From positions 25,866 through 89,865 of the forward strand of contig JAZKZX010000060.1 of the NCBI GenBank assembly GCA_045612925.1: a stretch of 64,000 nucleotides of DNA. Direction: 5' to 3'. Shown here piece by piece: positions 1 through 10,238 of this stretch. The notes under the pieces were generated by a model that saw only the letters and a list, made by a program, of their open reading frames with translations, was not told the DNA's origin and did not search any database. Position numbers and translations under genes: made by a program. The stretch comes from Bacteroidaceae bacterium. Its GTDB lineage: Bacteria > Bacteroidota > Bacteroidia > Bacteroidales > Bacteroidaceae. Each line of letters starts with the position of its first letter. Position 1 is the first letter of the stretch.

Positions 1-1905
1 TCCGTCAATGTTTCGGTAGAACAGATGGAAACGGAAGCGTTGTAATGTCCCGCTGTTGACCTGACGACTGAACAAATCGTACAAACCTCTGAGTATTACG
101 AAACCTTCAGCTGCAGCTGCATTATCGGCTGTATCACCAAATAAAGCTGTTGCGAAGTAACGGTTGAGGACATTGGACGATTCGTTTTCACCACGAGCTT
201 TGCAGAATGGCAATGCTCTGTTATGCCCCAACTCTTTAAGGTCAAATACATCGTTTAGGCGTTGGGTAATAGCCAATTCGTCCGATGCAAATACGTGAAG
301 TAATTGCATCAAACCATTTTCTTCTGGCAGATCGTAACCTGATAATTCGGCGAGTTCCACAGCTGCATCATGACAAATAGCATCAATTTTATCTTTTGCG
401 CCTTTGTTTTCCGCATATTCCTCAAAACATAATGGGTTTTCGTAGAACAAGTCATAAACCTTCTTAAATGGTAAAGTTGGCAATACAGACGAATAGTGTT
501 GGTCAGGTTGCACATAATGTCCTTCTATCACATTGCTTTCTGTGAACTCACACCCAAAAAAATCTTTCAAGAATTTAAGACTTTCTTCACGCTTTTCTCC
601 GGACATTTCCAAAGATGCTGATGATGAAAGGATTCTTAGTTGAGGGCTCTCAGGAGTTAGTCCTAAACGATTGAGAAGGAGACGAATCAGATAGGCAGTT
701 TCTGTACCTGAAGTACCACGATTAAGGTGTAGCTCGTCAATTATGAGGTGGAAAATATGAGATTCATCCTTTGCTAGCCATTTACGTGTTTTTTCTATAA
801 TAGGATTATCAACTTCACGCATCAGCATCATAGCCAACATGGAATAGTTGGTAATGAGTATGTCGGGAGGTGTTTGCTGCATATCAAAACGCGAACGCAT
901 TTCTGATGAGGCAATTCCATCCTTACCCTTCGTCATCTGTGAGATTGTTCGACGAATTTTGTATTTTTCAAGGTTCTTTTTATATTCATCTTCCGGCAAA
1001 CCTGTAGGGTCAAGCAACTTCAGTGTATCCTCGGTCATTTCATCCAGTTCCTTCATTGAAGAAAGAAGACTTTGGTATATACGAGCATTGGAGGGCTCTT
1101 TAAACTTTGGATAACCAGAAGTAGGTGTGGCTCCATTGTATCTTCCGAAAAAGATACGGTTGCCATTCAATCGTTCCACCATCCATTTCTGAACATCGTC
1201 GTTGTCAAGGGCATCGCGAAGACGGGTCATCTGATCTTCAACCAAAGCATTCATTGGATAAATGATTAGAGCTCTGACAGCAGCGTCTCTTTGTTCATTC
1301 GGACGTTGCATTGCGCATGCGGCTAATCTTCCTGGGGTTCCTTTTGTTGCACCAGTCGGGAACTCAAAGATTTCTCTTTGACTTAGTGCTGCACCGTTAT
1401 TTGATTTCCACCACTCGTTTGTTGAATAGGTAGTAGGAGACTTCCATTCTCTTTCTGCCTCAGTAACAATGTCTGCAAGCATAGGCAATAGGAATGATTC
1501 TGTTTTTCCAGAACCGGTGCCAGAGGTAATAATACAATTGTTACCTTGCAAAGCATTTTTAAGCATGTCTGCCTGATGCTGATAGATAGGATAATCGCCA
1601 TTGACAAGTCCCTTAAGCACGAATTCTTTGAATAGGGAACGTGCTTCATCATTCATACCTGGCACATCTTCGGACCGTAGAGTAGAGATTTTTAATTTTT
1701 CGCCACTCGGAAGAATTTTGTTTCTATACGATGGAAGTGGTTCAATCCACGGTTCGCGAGAAGCGACTTCATCAGTACGCAGCAATTCCTCACGTTCTGA
1801 TTCTAAACTCTTGTAACGAGTTCCGAATGCCGTCTTAACATATAGAATGAAATTGTCCTTTATCTCTTTGTATGCGTAGATTGGATTTATAAGGTATTTA
1901 GCCAT
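1..1905 (-). CDS. Superfamily-2 DExH helicase, N-terminal 635 codons; the ORF runs off the left edge and is absent from the ORF track. DruE-like.
   Basis: Hand translation of the reverse strand from the ATG (complement of 1903-1905) stays open to position 1 (MAKYLINPIYAYKEIKDNF...). Walker A IITSGTGSGKTESFLLPML at about 1440-1500. DExH box FHLIIDELHL at about 727-756. Only 10 nt separate it from the upstream 981-aa gene. Confidence 0.85.
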   Translation of the reverse strand, partial: MAKYLINPIYAYKEIKDNFILYVKTAFGTRYKSLESEREELLRTDEVASREPWIEPLPSYRNKILPSGEKLKISTLRSEDVPGMNDEARSLFKEFVLKGLVNGDYPIYQHQADMLKNALQGNNCIITSGTGSGKTESFLLPMLADIVTEAEREWKSPTTYSTNEWWKSNNGAALSQREIFEFPTGATKGTPGRLAACAMQRPNEQRDAAVRALIIYPMNALVEDQMTRLRDALDNDDVQKWMVERLNGNRIFFGRYNGATPTSGYPKFKEPSNARIYQSLLSSMKELDEMTEDTLKLLDPTGLPEDEYKKNLEKYKIRRTISQMTKGKDGIASSEMRSRFDMQQTPPDILITNYSMLAMMLMREVDNPIIEKTRKWLAKDESHIFHLIIDELHLNRGTSGTETAYLIRLLLNRLGLTPESPQLRILSSSASLEMSGEKREESLKFLKDFFGCEFTESNVIEGHYVQPDQHYSSVLPTLPFKKVYDLFYENPLCFEEYAENKGAKDKIDAICHDAAVELAELSGYDLPEENGLMQLLHVFASDELAITQRLNDVFDLKELGHNRALPFCKARGENESSNVLNRYFATALFGDTADNAAAAEGFVILRGLYDLFSRQVNSGTLQRFRFHLFYRNIDG

Positions 1906-1915
1906 GATTATTATG

Positions 1916-4861
1916 TTATTTTTGACCAAGTTTCAATAATATCGTGTCTGGGTTGCTAGCACTTGCGAAGGCGTACGGGTTCACGCCGATACTATAGGTT
2001 CTGCTTCCAAATGTTGACTCTGGTGTCTTACCTGTCAATAGAGTAAGGGCTCTTGCATAGAGAAGCGGAAGCCTTATCTGTTGCGGAAGACTTAATTCTG
2101 CTGCATCAGGATTGTGTTGCACGACTTTAGCATGTGCATAATGCATTCCCACAAAGTGGCCCCAATACTTGTCAACTTCCAGCATTCGGCCTTCTGTAAT
2201 CATTACTGTCACTTCGTCTCTTGTACCAGGGAAGAAAGTTACAATATCATTTTCTTTGTCGAATGTGTCCTTGTCAACTTCTTGATTGGAGATTGCTCTG
2301 CCTGTTTCTAACTTGCTAGGGTAAATCTCTGCCATCTTGTTATAATCGATGGAACGATAGTTGTGTACCTCAAACAAGTCGCGTTCATCTGCATCAGCCT
2401 TCTGTTTATCAATGTAATCTACTACAGATGGGAGCGTTTCAATCAAAGCATTTGCATAGATGTTATCCTGATATAACAGATTGCACCTTTCGGCTAATTC
2501 CTTGAACGAACTACGATTTTCCGCATGGACGTAAATAGTTTGCGGCATGAGGGCGTTTGCATCATCTATGAATTCAACCTGATAATTGTATCTCTGCTGT
2601 AGCTTAACGATTTCATTGACCAAAGCAATAGTACGACCGCCCGTCAAAAGACACTTGTACTTTCTTTCTGTACATTTTTTAGACACAATATTTTTGCCAT
2701 TTATGCTTGGGATTATGTCTCTATGGAATTCTGGAGTTAGCAGAATAAGTGTAGGCCGATTCGCTGAAATAGTAAGTCCATTGTTAGTATAAGCATAGTT
2801 GATGTAACCCAGACGGAAATAATCAGCAAGGGTATTCTGTAATGCATATTTGTCCTTATGCTCCTTTTCTTTTTCTTCGGACAATTCTGACATAAGACGA
2901 TCCTTTATGGATTTCAACCATTCAAGTGTAATGACGCTCTTACTAGTATCGTACGAGGCTGAAGTAATAGCGTAGAGCATATAATCGCGCTCATTGTATA
3001 TTGCTTGGGACAATGCTTGCTGTGTTGCATTGTTCATTTGCAGGTTCAATGCACTCCAATTGATTAGATTTTCTCTGATGACATTCTCTGGTAATTCAAG
3101 TCCATTGCTGAACGCATCATCAGAGACTTTACCCCATTTGTCCAACTTGATTTCCTTGAATGTGGTTGGTATAACGAAGTCTGAAAACTTGTAAATGTGT
3201 CCGTATGGAATTGGCGTCTCGTTGCAGTACAATTGAAATTCCTTCTTAATTTGGAATATATTAGTGAATACTTTCAGAACCCATACGTTGCGTTCATGAT
3301 TATAGGTCAGTTCTGACGAGTTTCTATGAGGATCGTTTACTGAAACTGCATATATTTTGTCTTTGTAAACATCAACACCTGTTATCTGGAATAGAGCAGG
3401 CATCAAGTTCGAAAGTAAAATCGTATCGGAGGAACTATCAGTTTTTACCTCAAGATTGTTGACGGACTTACATCTTATTTCTGTTTTGAAAGTCAGGTTG
3501 CTGCGATGAGGTAGTTCTTCTATTGCGTGCTCAATCTTGTACAGGTTGTAACTGCCATCAAATAGGCCTTCCATTACCACAGTTGCTCCATTGCCCTGAA
3601 GCCAACTGTCAAATGACGATAGTGATTCGGCTCTTACAAGAACAAAGTAGAACTCACCTTTGATAAACTCGTTGGTGGCAATGTATTTATTCCGATATAG
3701 TTTCAGAAGATAGTAATCCGTAACAACAAAACGCCCCCTGATGGATCTCATATTCTCTTCGTAGATGCCAAAACAGCCTTGTCTGTCAGCCATAACTTTG
3801 GATAAAAGTGATTCTTCCATCACAAAAGGACGATTGGCATAACCGTCACTCTTGATGTAAATCTTCGGAAGATGGTTGTTGCCTACTTCCGTGACAAAAC
3901 TCATCTCATCAAAGTTATCAATGTCGGAACAGAAGAGCTGAAGGGCAAACCTTGCATCGTTGGAATGTACGTTGTAATCCATCTGTAAATAGAGCGGATA
4001 GTAGGTGTTACCTGCTTCTTCTTTTACCCTTCCGGTTTTTTTGTCCTTCTCTTTGATTTTGGTAGTGCCATCCCAGTTGTCGTATTCATTTCTCAGAACG
4101 GACACTATATACTCCTTGAAACCCTTCTTTGTCAGTTGTCTAAATTTCGTTTGTGACAAGCCAATATGGTTATAGTAGGTTTTGAAGGCGGACATTAGGC
4201 GCTCATCTTCAATGTTAGCACGAGGAACAAGACCACCTTTATCAAACAAAATACGGAATTTTTGCAACTTTGAAGGTGAGAGCAAGCTTTCTTTCATTAG
4301 GGAATTGACGTATCTAGTAGCTCCATTCTCCGAAACTGTAAGGCTTGACTTGAACGGCAGGTCATTTTCTTCTGCCCATCTATCAATATAGTTCCAAATG
4401 TCATCCAATTTTATCGTTCCAAGGAAGTTGCTGGCACTTTTCTCTTTGTTTACGAAACGGTTTGCCTTAAGGAATGGTAAAAGATGACCATAGTAGTTGT
4501 TGCCATGAAGTTCTAGATCATCGTTCTCGCATATTGGCATTATCAGTATGGCTACGATAGCTAGCAAGTTCTTGTAATTGTTGGATGCGATAGCGTGTTC
4601 TTTTAATCTGATGATTTTGTCTTGCAAATCGTCAATATCTCTGTTACCTGTCTTAATATCGATCCAAAACTTGCTCACAAAATCCGTTTGAATAAACTCA
4701 TCCGAAAACTCTGCTGCAAATTTGTCCTTAGCTATCTCGACATTTTCCTCCTTAGCAAACTCAATAAGGCCCTGCAAGGAGATGTGGAATATTACCTTGG
4801 ATTCGCTGGTATTTCTAAAATAATACTCATATATCAAATCATTCCAAGAATCATATGTCAT
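1916..4861 (-). CDS. 981-aa protein of unknown function, upstream of and co-oriented with the helicase. DruH-like by size and position only.
   Basis: Complete ORF in the track. Shares AT-rich codon usage with the helicase. Its stop lies 10 nt before the helicase ATG. I recognise no catalytic motif. Confidence 0.8.
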   Translation of the reverse strand: MTYDSWNDLIYEYYFRNTSESKVIFHISLQGLIEFAKEENVEIAKDKFAAEFSDEFIQTDFVSKFWIDIKTGNRDIDDLQDKIIRLKEHAIASNNYKNLLAIVAILIMPICENDDLELHGNNYYGHLLPFLKANRFVNKEKSASNFLGTIKLDDIWNYIDRWAEENDLPFKSSLTVSENGATRYVNSLMKESLLSPSKLQKFRILFDKGGLVPRANIEDERLMSAFKTYYNHIGLSQTKFRQLTKKGFKEYIVSVLRNEYDNWDGTTKIKEKDKKTGRVKEEAGNTYYPLYLQMDYNVHSNDARFALQLFCSDIDNFDEMSFVTEVGNNHLPKIYIKSDGYANRPFVMEESLLSKVMADRQGCFGIYEENMRSIRGRFVVTDYYLLKLYRNKYIATNEFIKGEFYFVLVRAESLSSFDSWLQGNGATVVMEGLFDGSYNLYKIEHAIEELPHRSNLTFKTEIRCKSVNNLEVKTDSSSDTILLSNLMPALFQITGVDVYKDKIYAVSVNDPHRNSSELTYNHERNVWVLKVFTNIFQIKKEFQLYCNETPIPYGHIYKFSDFVIPTTFKEIKLDKWGKVSDDAFSNGLELPENVIRENLINWSALNLQMNNATQQALSQAIYNERDYMLYAITSASYDTSKSVITLEWLKSIKDRLMSELSEEKEKEHKDKYALQNTLADYFRLGYINYAYTNNGLTISANRPTLILLTPEFHRDIIPSINGKNIVSKKCTERKYKCLLTGGRTIALVNEIVKLQQRYNYQVEFIDDANALMPQTIYVHAENRSSFKELAERCNLLYQDNIYANALIETLPSVVDYIDKQKADADERDLFEVHNYRSIDYNKMAEIYPSKLETGRAISNQEVDKDTFDKENDIVTFFPGTRDEVTVMITEGRMLEVDKYWGHFVGMHYAHAKVVQHNPDAAELSLPQQIRLPLLYARALTLLTGKTPESTFGSRTYSIGVNPYAFASASNPDTILLKLGQK

Positions 4862-5257
4862 GCTTTCTATCTCTTATGCATTAATTGACAACTAAAACAC
4901 TACAAAATTAAGAAAAAAATATCAAATAGAGGTTTAAAAGGTGAGGAAAAATATTTTAAAGCCTATTGGTGACTTTTTTTTATAGTTTTAGTCAAATAAA
5001 TCGTTGGAATTTTCCTTATTTCAAGTGTTTTAACACTTTTATCCACCCAAAAACAATATTGTGTGTTATTCTTTGGAGTGGACTTTGCTCTGTTTCTTCG
5101 TAGAATAGATGAGATGAACCTGCCACGAAGACTTATATGAAAGCGAATGGTGTAATATGAAGTTTTTCGCCTTTAAATTAACTTTATAAGCTACAGAGGT
5201 TTGGGTGATGTGTGTGCTATACTTGTGTACGCACATGACAATATTGGCGTAAACAAT

Positions 5258-5287
5258 TGCATCTTATGTGTAGATGCATTATTTTTG
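5258..5287 (+). promoter_or_regulatory. Putative promoter of the 994-aa gene: -7 box TATTTTTG preceded by an operator-like palindrome.
   Basis: TATTTTTG at 5280-5287 matches the Bacteroidetes TAnnTTTG box and lies 21 nt before the ATG at 5309. TGCATCT-N7-AGATGCA at 5258-5278. Confidence 0.5.
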
Positions 5288-5308
5288 CATAGCTAAAAAA
5301 AATATAGT

Positions 5309-8293
5309 ATGATGAAAACGACCCTATCGCAACCCCCATTCTGGCTGAATGTCAAGAAGGAGTATGTCATTGATAACTTTGACAACTTGTTTCAATATCT
5401 GCGTAGCTATACCTATGTGGATAGTGCCGAAGCATCCGACAGTGACTTTAACCGTACATTCGACTGCCTGGAAGAGGTGGTCGATGACTACCTGGAGCAG
5501 TGTGCTGACGACGGATTTTGCCACAATGTGGCGACGAGGTCGGAGGACCTGAACTTCATGGTCAAGGTGATCAGTACCTATATCATCACGGCCCATAGCA
5601 AGAAGGGCAGGGATGTGGGCGATGTGCTGACGGGGCTAATCGATATCCTTGTGCTGTCGGGGCAGGCCAGCGGCAAAGAGGTGGTAGAGGAACTGAAGGA
5701 TCTGGTCGTGGGATGCCTCTCGGGAAGGCGTGTCGGCAAGCTGGGTATAACATGGGACCTGGTGGCCAAGCTGGACGAGTACTCGCTGAACTTGTTTTGC
5801 CATCATCTGAGTCAGACCACGCTCGAGGGCGAGAAGAACGAGGTGGCGGTATATGAGCAATGTGGCACACTGGTATCGGACAGCCGAGGGGTGCACATCA
5901 TACCTATGAATTATAGCAACTACACGAAGACGAGGACGATGGCACCGCTATTTGACTCGCTGGCGGGAGTGGACATCCTGGGCTCGGGCAAGGAGAGGGT
6001 GGTGACCTATGAGCAGCTGATGCAGTCGTGCAATATGCTGCTGACTGCGCAGTGCCAGGTGAAACCGTCGCCGACCTTGGTGAAAAAGATCTATGAGGAC
6101 AAAGCCACCGTGACGGTGCGCGTGGTGGATATCAACCATGACCTGTGTGTGGAGACGGTGGACCCCAGCTATGAGAGGGTGAAGGGCAATGTAGCTCTTG
6201 ACCCAGTATACTGGGAGTTGACGAAGGAGCAGCTGCTATCGTACCTTAAGGTGGGCGACTACATCAAGGTGACCCGACAATATGACAGCACCTACCCATT
6301 TTCCCTGAAGGCGGCATTCGATGCTTTCCACGATGGGTATGCCGATGGTGCTGCCGGGGGCGAGTATTGGGCGGTGTGTGAGGAGAAGTATGTGGCTGGC
6401 TACCGATGGCTCACTGAAGAGGGGCTCTATGTGAATGTGATGGATAGCAGCTCTGACCCCGAGGAGGCGATGGCAGAAGGATACCTCGTGAGGATCAAGG
6501 TACGCAACTCGAAGAAGGATAGGTATGGCAACCTCGTGCTGAATGGGGCTTACGTGGATGAGGATGAGTGTCCCGATGAGGAATATGAGGAACAGGGCGA
6601 TGAGTTCAGAAGGGTGGCAAGGAAGAATCTCTTCGATGCCTTCCTCGAATATTCGGCTCCTGAGGAACCCTATGCCCCGAAGCAGGAGGTGTGCATGGTA
6701 GATGAGGGGTATGTGGCTGCTCTGTCGCATGTGGTGTACTATCTCTCGCTGCACGAGCGCGACACGCTGGACAGATGCAAGATGCTGCTCGTGGCAAGGT
6801 GCCTGGCTACATTGGCAGGGCGCACCGACGATGCGGCTTATGTGAAGCACGACATGGATTATATCCACTGTTGCGTGAGGTTTGCCGCAGGTGATGCCCC
6901 ATCGGACCTGAAGCTCGAGCATGACGAGTGCTTGGAACAGGTGGCCGAGGTGCACGAGAAGGAGCGTAGGATAGAGGCGCTGAGGCCTTACGACAACCAT
7001 AACAGCGGCAGGGTGGAGTATTTCTTGTCTGACGCAAACATCCTCTATGACAATGTGAAGGGACTGGTAGATGCATCGAATATGCTGAAAGATAAGATTA
7101 GCCCCTTTGAGATAAACAGAATAAAGAAGACGATAGCTACATACCTGGGAGTGGCCGATATGTATAGCAGCATATGCAGCGACCTGACATATTATGGCGA
7201 GGAGAGCGATACGCTCGAGTTCAAGTCGTCAGTGGTGTATACGCCCGGCTCGGGGATGAAGCCTGACCCGGGAAGACAGAAGTGGAACATACTGAAGGCT
7301 ATCTGTGGATTCCTGAACACCTCGGTGGGAGGCGAACTGATCATCGGTGTGAATGACAATGGCAACTCGTGCGGACTCGTCAATGACATCGACCGTCTGT
7401 ATGAGGCCAAGCTGATTCCCGAGAAGTCGGTGGACAAGCTCAGAAACTATATCAAGAACATCGTGGACTGGGCGTTCGTCGATGACACTGGGGTGGCATC
7501 GTATATGGAGATTACGGCTACGCGCATCAAGTATATCATAGAGAAGAATACCGAGGGCGACTGCATCATACGTCTGCAGATAACTCCCTACGAATATGGC
7601 TTGGTGCAGTTTTGCGACAAGCTGGACCGTCCGGAAGATATTGCTGTATCTTACTACCGAACGAGCGGTGCCACCATACCGATGACCAGTGTGCTGAGGC
7701 AGCAGGCCAGGGAGAAGAAGTATGCGAGTACGCTCGATGAGAACTCGATAAAGATTCTTGAGATACAGAAGGCCATGCACGAGCGCAATGTGGTGGTGCT
7801 CAAAAACTACTCTTCACAATCGGGAATCAAGGACCGCAGGGTGGAGATCTATCAGCTGCTGCCCAAGCGCAATGCGGTGATCGGGTACGACATAGAGAAG
7901 AGGACCATCAGGGAGTTTAAGACGACGAGATTCACAAGCATACAAGTAACCAATGACAAGTGGAAGAATGTAACCAAGCACAAGAGGCTGAGCATCGATG
8001 TGTTTGATATGCTGGAGTCGCCCAATGTGCCTCCTATAGAGGTGGTGCTCAAGCTGAAGCGCATCGCCTATAACCTGCTCATAGAGGAGTATCACAACGC
8101 GAAAGAGGAGATAAGGGACAACAACGATAGCGATGCACACGACTATCCCTATGTGTTGCAGACGAAGGTCAACGACATCAAAGGCGTGGGCCGCTTCTAT
8201 ATGGGTCTGGCTAAGGAGATCAAGATCGTGAAGGGTAAGGAGCTGGCAGACTATGCAAGGGAATACATACGGAGTATTCAGATTGTGGAATAG
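5309..8293 (+). CDS. 994-aa multidomain protein: unknown N-terminal two thirds, an AlbA_2/Schlafen-type domain, and a WYL-like C-terminal region.
   Basis: Complete ORF. AlbA_2-type core ESDTLEFKSS...ILKAICGFLNTSVGGELIIGVNDNG at about 7200-7370. WYL-like stretch RRVEIYQLLPKRNAVIGYDIEKRTIREFKTTRFTSIQV at about 7840-7950. Confidence 0.75.
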   Translation: MMKTTLSQPPFWLNVKKEYVIDNFDNLFQYLRSYTYVDSAEASDSDFNRTFDCLEEVVDDYLEQCADDGFCHNVATRSEDLNFMVKVISTYIITAHSKKGRDVGDVLTGLIDILVLSGQASGKEVVEELKDLVVGCLSGRRVGKLGITWDLVAKLDEYSLNLFCHHLSQTTLEGEKNEVAVYEQCGTLVSDSRGVHIIPMNYSNYTKTRTMAPLFDSLAGVDILGSGKERVVTYEQLMQSCNMLLTAQCQVKPSPTLVKKIYEDKATVTVRVVDINHDLCVETVDPSYERVKGNVALDPVYWELTKEQLLSYLKVGDYIKVTRQYDSTYPFSLKAAFDAFHDGYADGAAGGEYWAVCEEKYVAGYRWLTEEGLYVNVMDSSSDPEEAMAEGYLVRIKVRNSKKDRYGNLVLNGAYVDEDECPDEEYEEQGDEFRRVARKNLFDAFLEYSAPEEPYAPKQEVCMVDEGYVAALSHVVYYLSLHERDTLDRCKMLLVARCLATLAGRTDDAAYVKHDMDYIHCCVRFAAGDAPSDLKLEHDECLEQVAEVHEKERRIEALRPYDNHNSGRVEYFLSDANILYDNVKGLVDASNMLKDKISPFEINRIKKTIATYLGVADMYSSICSDLTYYGEESDTLEFKSSVVYTPGSGMKPDPGRQKWNILKAICGFLNTSVGGELIIGVNDNGNSCGLVNDIDRLYEAKLIPEKSVDKLRNYIKNIVDWAFVDDTGVASYMEITATRIKYIIEKNTEGDCIIRLQITPYEYGLVQFCDKLDRPEDIAVSYYRTSGATIPMTSVLRQQAREKKYASTLDENSIKILEIQKAMHERNVVVLKNYSSQSGIKDRRVEIYQLLPKRNAVIGYDIEKRTIREFKTTRFTSIQVTNDKWKNVTKHKRLSIDVFDMLESPNVPPIEVVLKLKRIAYNLLIEEYHNAKEEIRDNNDSDAHDYPYVLQTKVNDIKGVGRFYMGLAKEIKIVKGKELADYAREYIRSIQIVE

Positions 8294-8316
8294 TTGCTGA
8301 GCACAGCATATATGGT

Positions 8317-8357
8317 AAAGAAATCGCATAATCTCTTCGACTATGCGATTTCTTTTT
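8317..8357. terminator. Bidirectional intrinsic terminator between the convergent AlbA_2 genes.
   Basis: Perfect 14-bp stem AAAGAAATCGCATA (8317-8330) / TATGCGATTTCTTT (8342-8355) with an 11-nt loop, flanked by a T-run. Confidence 0.8.
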
Positions 8358-8394
8358 GCTGGGGCTTCATGTGGTGCAACTGCACTTTATGTTT

Positions 8395-10149
8395 TTATGC
8401 AGGTATGTCGCAAAGATTCTCAAGGGTGTCCTTTACCTGTAGGAACTTTGCGTTCTTCTGCAGGTCCATCTGGAAACCGAGCGAGTTGGATAGCTGGTTT
8501 TCGGTCTTGCGCAGTGCCGAGACACGCTGTTCGTTAGCTGCTGCTACGAAGTAGATATCGGCTTGTGTGATGCCCTCCATGCCTGTGGTGTTGATCACGC
8601 GGTTGCCCTTGAGGGACATGTTGTCGTGTTGAGACACGTGGTGGATGGGGTGCACCTTGACATACTCGTGCCCATGCTGAGTGCTGAAGCAGGCAAGCAT
8701 GTCCTCGGCCTTGGCATGGAAGGCCTTGACCAGGCGTACATTGTCGCTTCGGCGACCATTCATGTAGCGCTTGCCCTCTTTTTTGTCGAGGTGGAGGTGG
8801 TAGGCATCGACTCTGTTGACGCAGCCGTCTTCGTACACCATGATGAGGTCGTTCTTGCTCGCTGGGCTATGGATGGGGATGCAGTACTCGAGGTCTGTGT
8901 CGGTAGGGCGCACCTTGCTCCACGACCAGTCGCCATTGGAGAAGAGGTTCATGTAGAAGCTGCCGTGGCCCTGTGCCTCCTCGCCGATGAACTTGAGTCG
9001 GGTGGGCTGCTCGACCTTCATCGCCACGAGGGTCTCCTCTTGTTTGTGTTCGGTGGGGAGAAGATCGCCCTCTGTTAGTACGGCCTTGGGGGCAAACTGG
9101 AGCGCTTCGGGGCGGGCCATGCAGGCTTTGTCGAACACCAGCTTGATGATGGCTTCAGAGCGCAGGTGGGTGGTGCGGTTGCCCATACGCTTGAATGCAT
9201 CGCGCTCATCGTACCAAATGACGCTCTTCGAGGGCTCTATCTCGATGGTACATATGGTGTGATCGTTGTGCTCGGTGAACTTGATGGATACGTAGTCCTG
9301 TGCCACAGGGCCGAGGTGCAGGTTCATGGCCGAGCGCAGCTTGTTTTCGTAACCGTCTTTGTTGGCTTGGTAGGTGTACTTGTCCTTGTCTGAGGAGTTG
9401 AGCATGCCGTAGTCTTGCTCGATGCCTACGGCATCACCGTTGTCGTTGACTCCTATATATAAAGTGCCCCCCTGGGCATTCATGAACCCTGCTATTGTGC
9501 GGAGAATCACGCGCATCTGTGTGTCGATATCTGCACCTGTTGCTCGGGCGGGATACACGATCGTGGACTTGAACTCTACCTTATCGCTCTCCTCACCAAA
9601 CTCACCTACGGGAGTCTCTTCGTTAGAGGAGGTAGGTAATGCTGTAATAGGTGTGGATAGCTCGGGGAACAGTATCTCGTCGAACACGAGGCGGCTGCGA
9701 TTGTTATCCCTCTCATGGATGCCCTTGACGATGAGCGCTACCTCGTCACCCGGCTGCATGAGCTTCTGTTGGGGGCTGGGCTTGTACATATGACTCAAGC
9801 CGAAGACGTCAGTTACTACATAGAAGAGCGTGTCGTTGAAGGTCTTGAGGCTTTCGACGATGAAGAGAGCCTTCTTCTCCTCTCCACGATATGCCTCGGG
9901 GTAGAGCACCATGAGCAGGATCTCCTTGCTTTGCTCGAGCACCAGCTTGCCTGAACCGTATACCTCCTTTACATAGCACTTCATGAGGTTAGCTGGTACT
10001 TGGGGTGAGGCCCAGTCCCACTCGGTCTGGAAGTCGAAGGCGTTGACAGAGAAGGTGTCACCTTGATCATCCTTTAAGTAGATGCGGTTGTTGCTGATGC
10101 CTGTAACTGTGAAGTTGTAGTACTCGCCTGCGCAATAGGTCTTTTTCAT
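8395..10149 (-). CDS. 584-aa protein: OB/S1-like N-terminal repeats, a central AlbA_2/Schlafen-type domain and an unknown C-terminal domain.
   Basis: Complete ORF. AlbA_2-type core ESDKVEFKSTIVY...ILRTIAGFMNAQGGTLYIGVNDNGDAVGI, encoded at about 9440-9600. Its own promoter carries the island box. Confidence 0.75.
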   Translation of the reverse strand: MKKTYCAGEYYNFTVTGISNNRIYLKDDQGDTFSVNAFDFQTEWDWASPQVPANLMKCYVKEVYGSGKLVLEQSKEILLMVLYPEAYRGEEKKALFIVESLKTFNDTLFYVVTDVFGLSHMYKPSPQQKLMQPGDEVALIVKGIHERDNNRSRLVFDEILFPELSTPITALPTSSNEETPVGEFGEESDKVEFKSTIVYPARATGADIDTQMRVILRTIAGFMNAQGGTLYIGVNDNGDAVGIEQDYGMLNSSDKDKYTYQANKDGYENKLRSAMNLHLGPVAQDYVSIKFTEHNDHTICTIEIEPSKSVIWYDERDAFKRMGNRTTHLRSEAIIKLVFDKACMARPEALQFAPKAVLTEGDLLPTEHKQEETLVAMKVEQPTRLKFIGEEAQGHGSFYMNLFSNGDWSWSKVRPTDTDLEYCIPIHSPASKNDLIMVYEDGCVNRVDAYHLHLDKKEGKRYMNGRRSDNVRLVKAFHAKAEDMLACFSTQHGHEYVKVHPIHHVSQHDNMSLKGNRVINTTGMEGITQADIYFVAAANEQRVSALRKTENQLSNSLGFQMDLQKNAKFLQVKDTLENLCDIPA

Positions 10150-10193
10150 AATCTTAAAGTATTAAATGTTTATTGTTATTGATTTTTCTGTTG

Positions 10194-10238
10194 CAAAGGT
10201 AGGTCAATAAAATAAGAAAGGCTGTGAATCTTGTACAC
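10194..10238 (-). promoter_or_regulatory. Island promoter copy 1: 15-nt box + 22 nt + -7 box.
   Basis: In the gene direction: GTGTACAAGATTCAC (10238-10224), then 22 nt, then TACCTTTG (10201-10194). ATG at 10149. The flanks extend to the inverted repeat GGCTGTG..CACAGCC. Confidence 0.75.

Noticed and set aside
5225-5239. GTGTACGCACATGAC upstream of the 994-aa gene, considered as a box candidate.
   Set aside because: It matches poorly after GTGTAC and lies 40 nt, not 22 nt, from the -7 box at 5280-5287.
6236-7000. Long antisense or alternative-frame ORFs inside GC-rich genes. Other examples are 41923..42696, 36689..37300, 44572..45102, 46178..46828, 10966..11760 and 12921..13592.
   Set aside because: These are shadow ORFs typical of GC-rich coding DNA. 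Each lies wholly within a gene that has clear family motifs on the other strand or frame.
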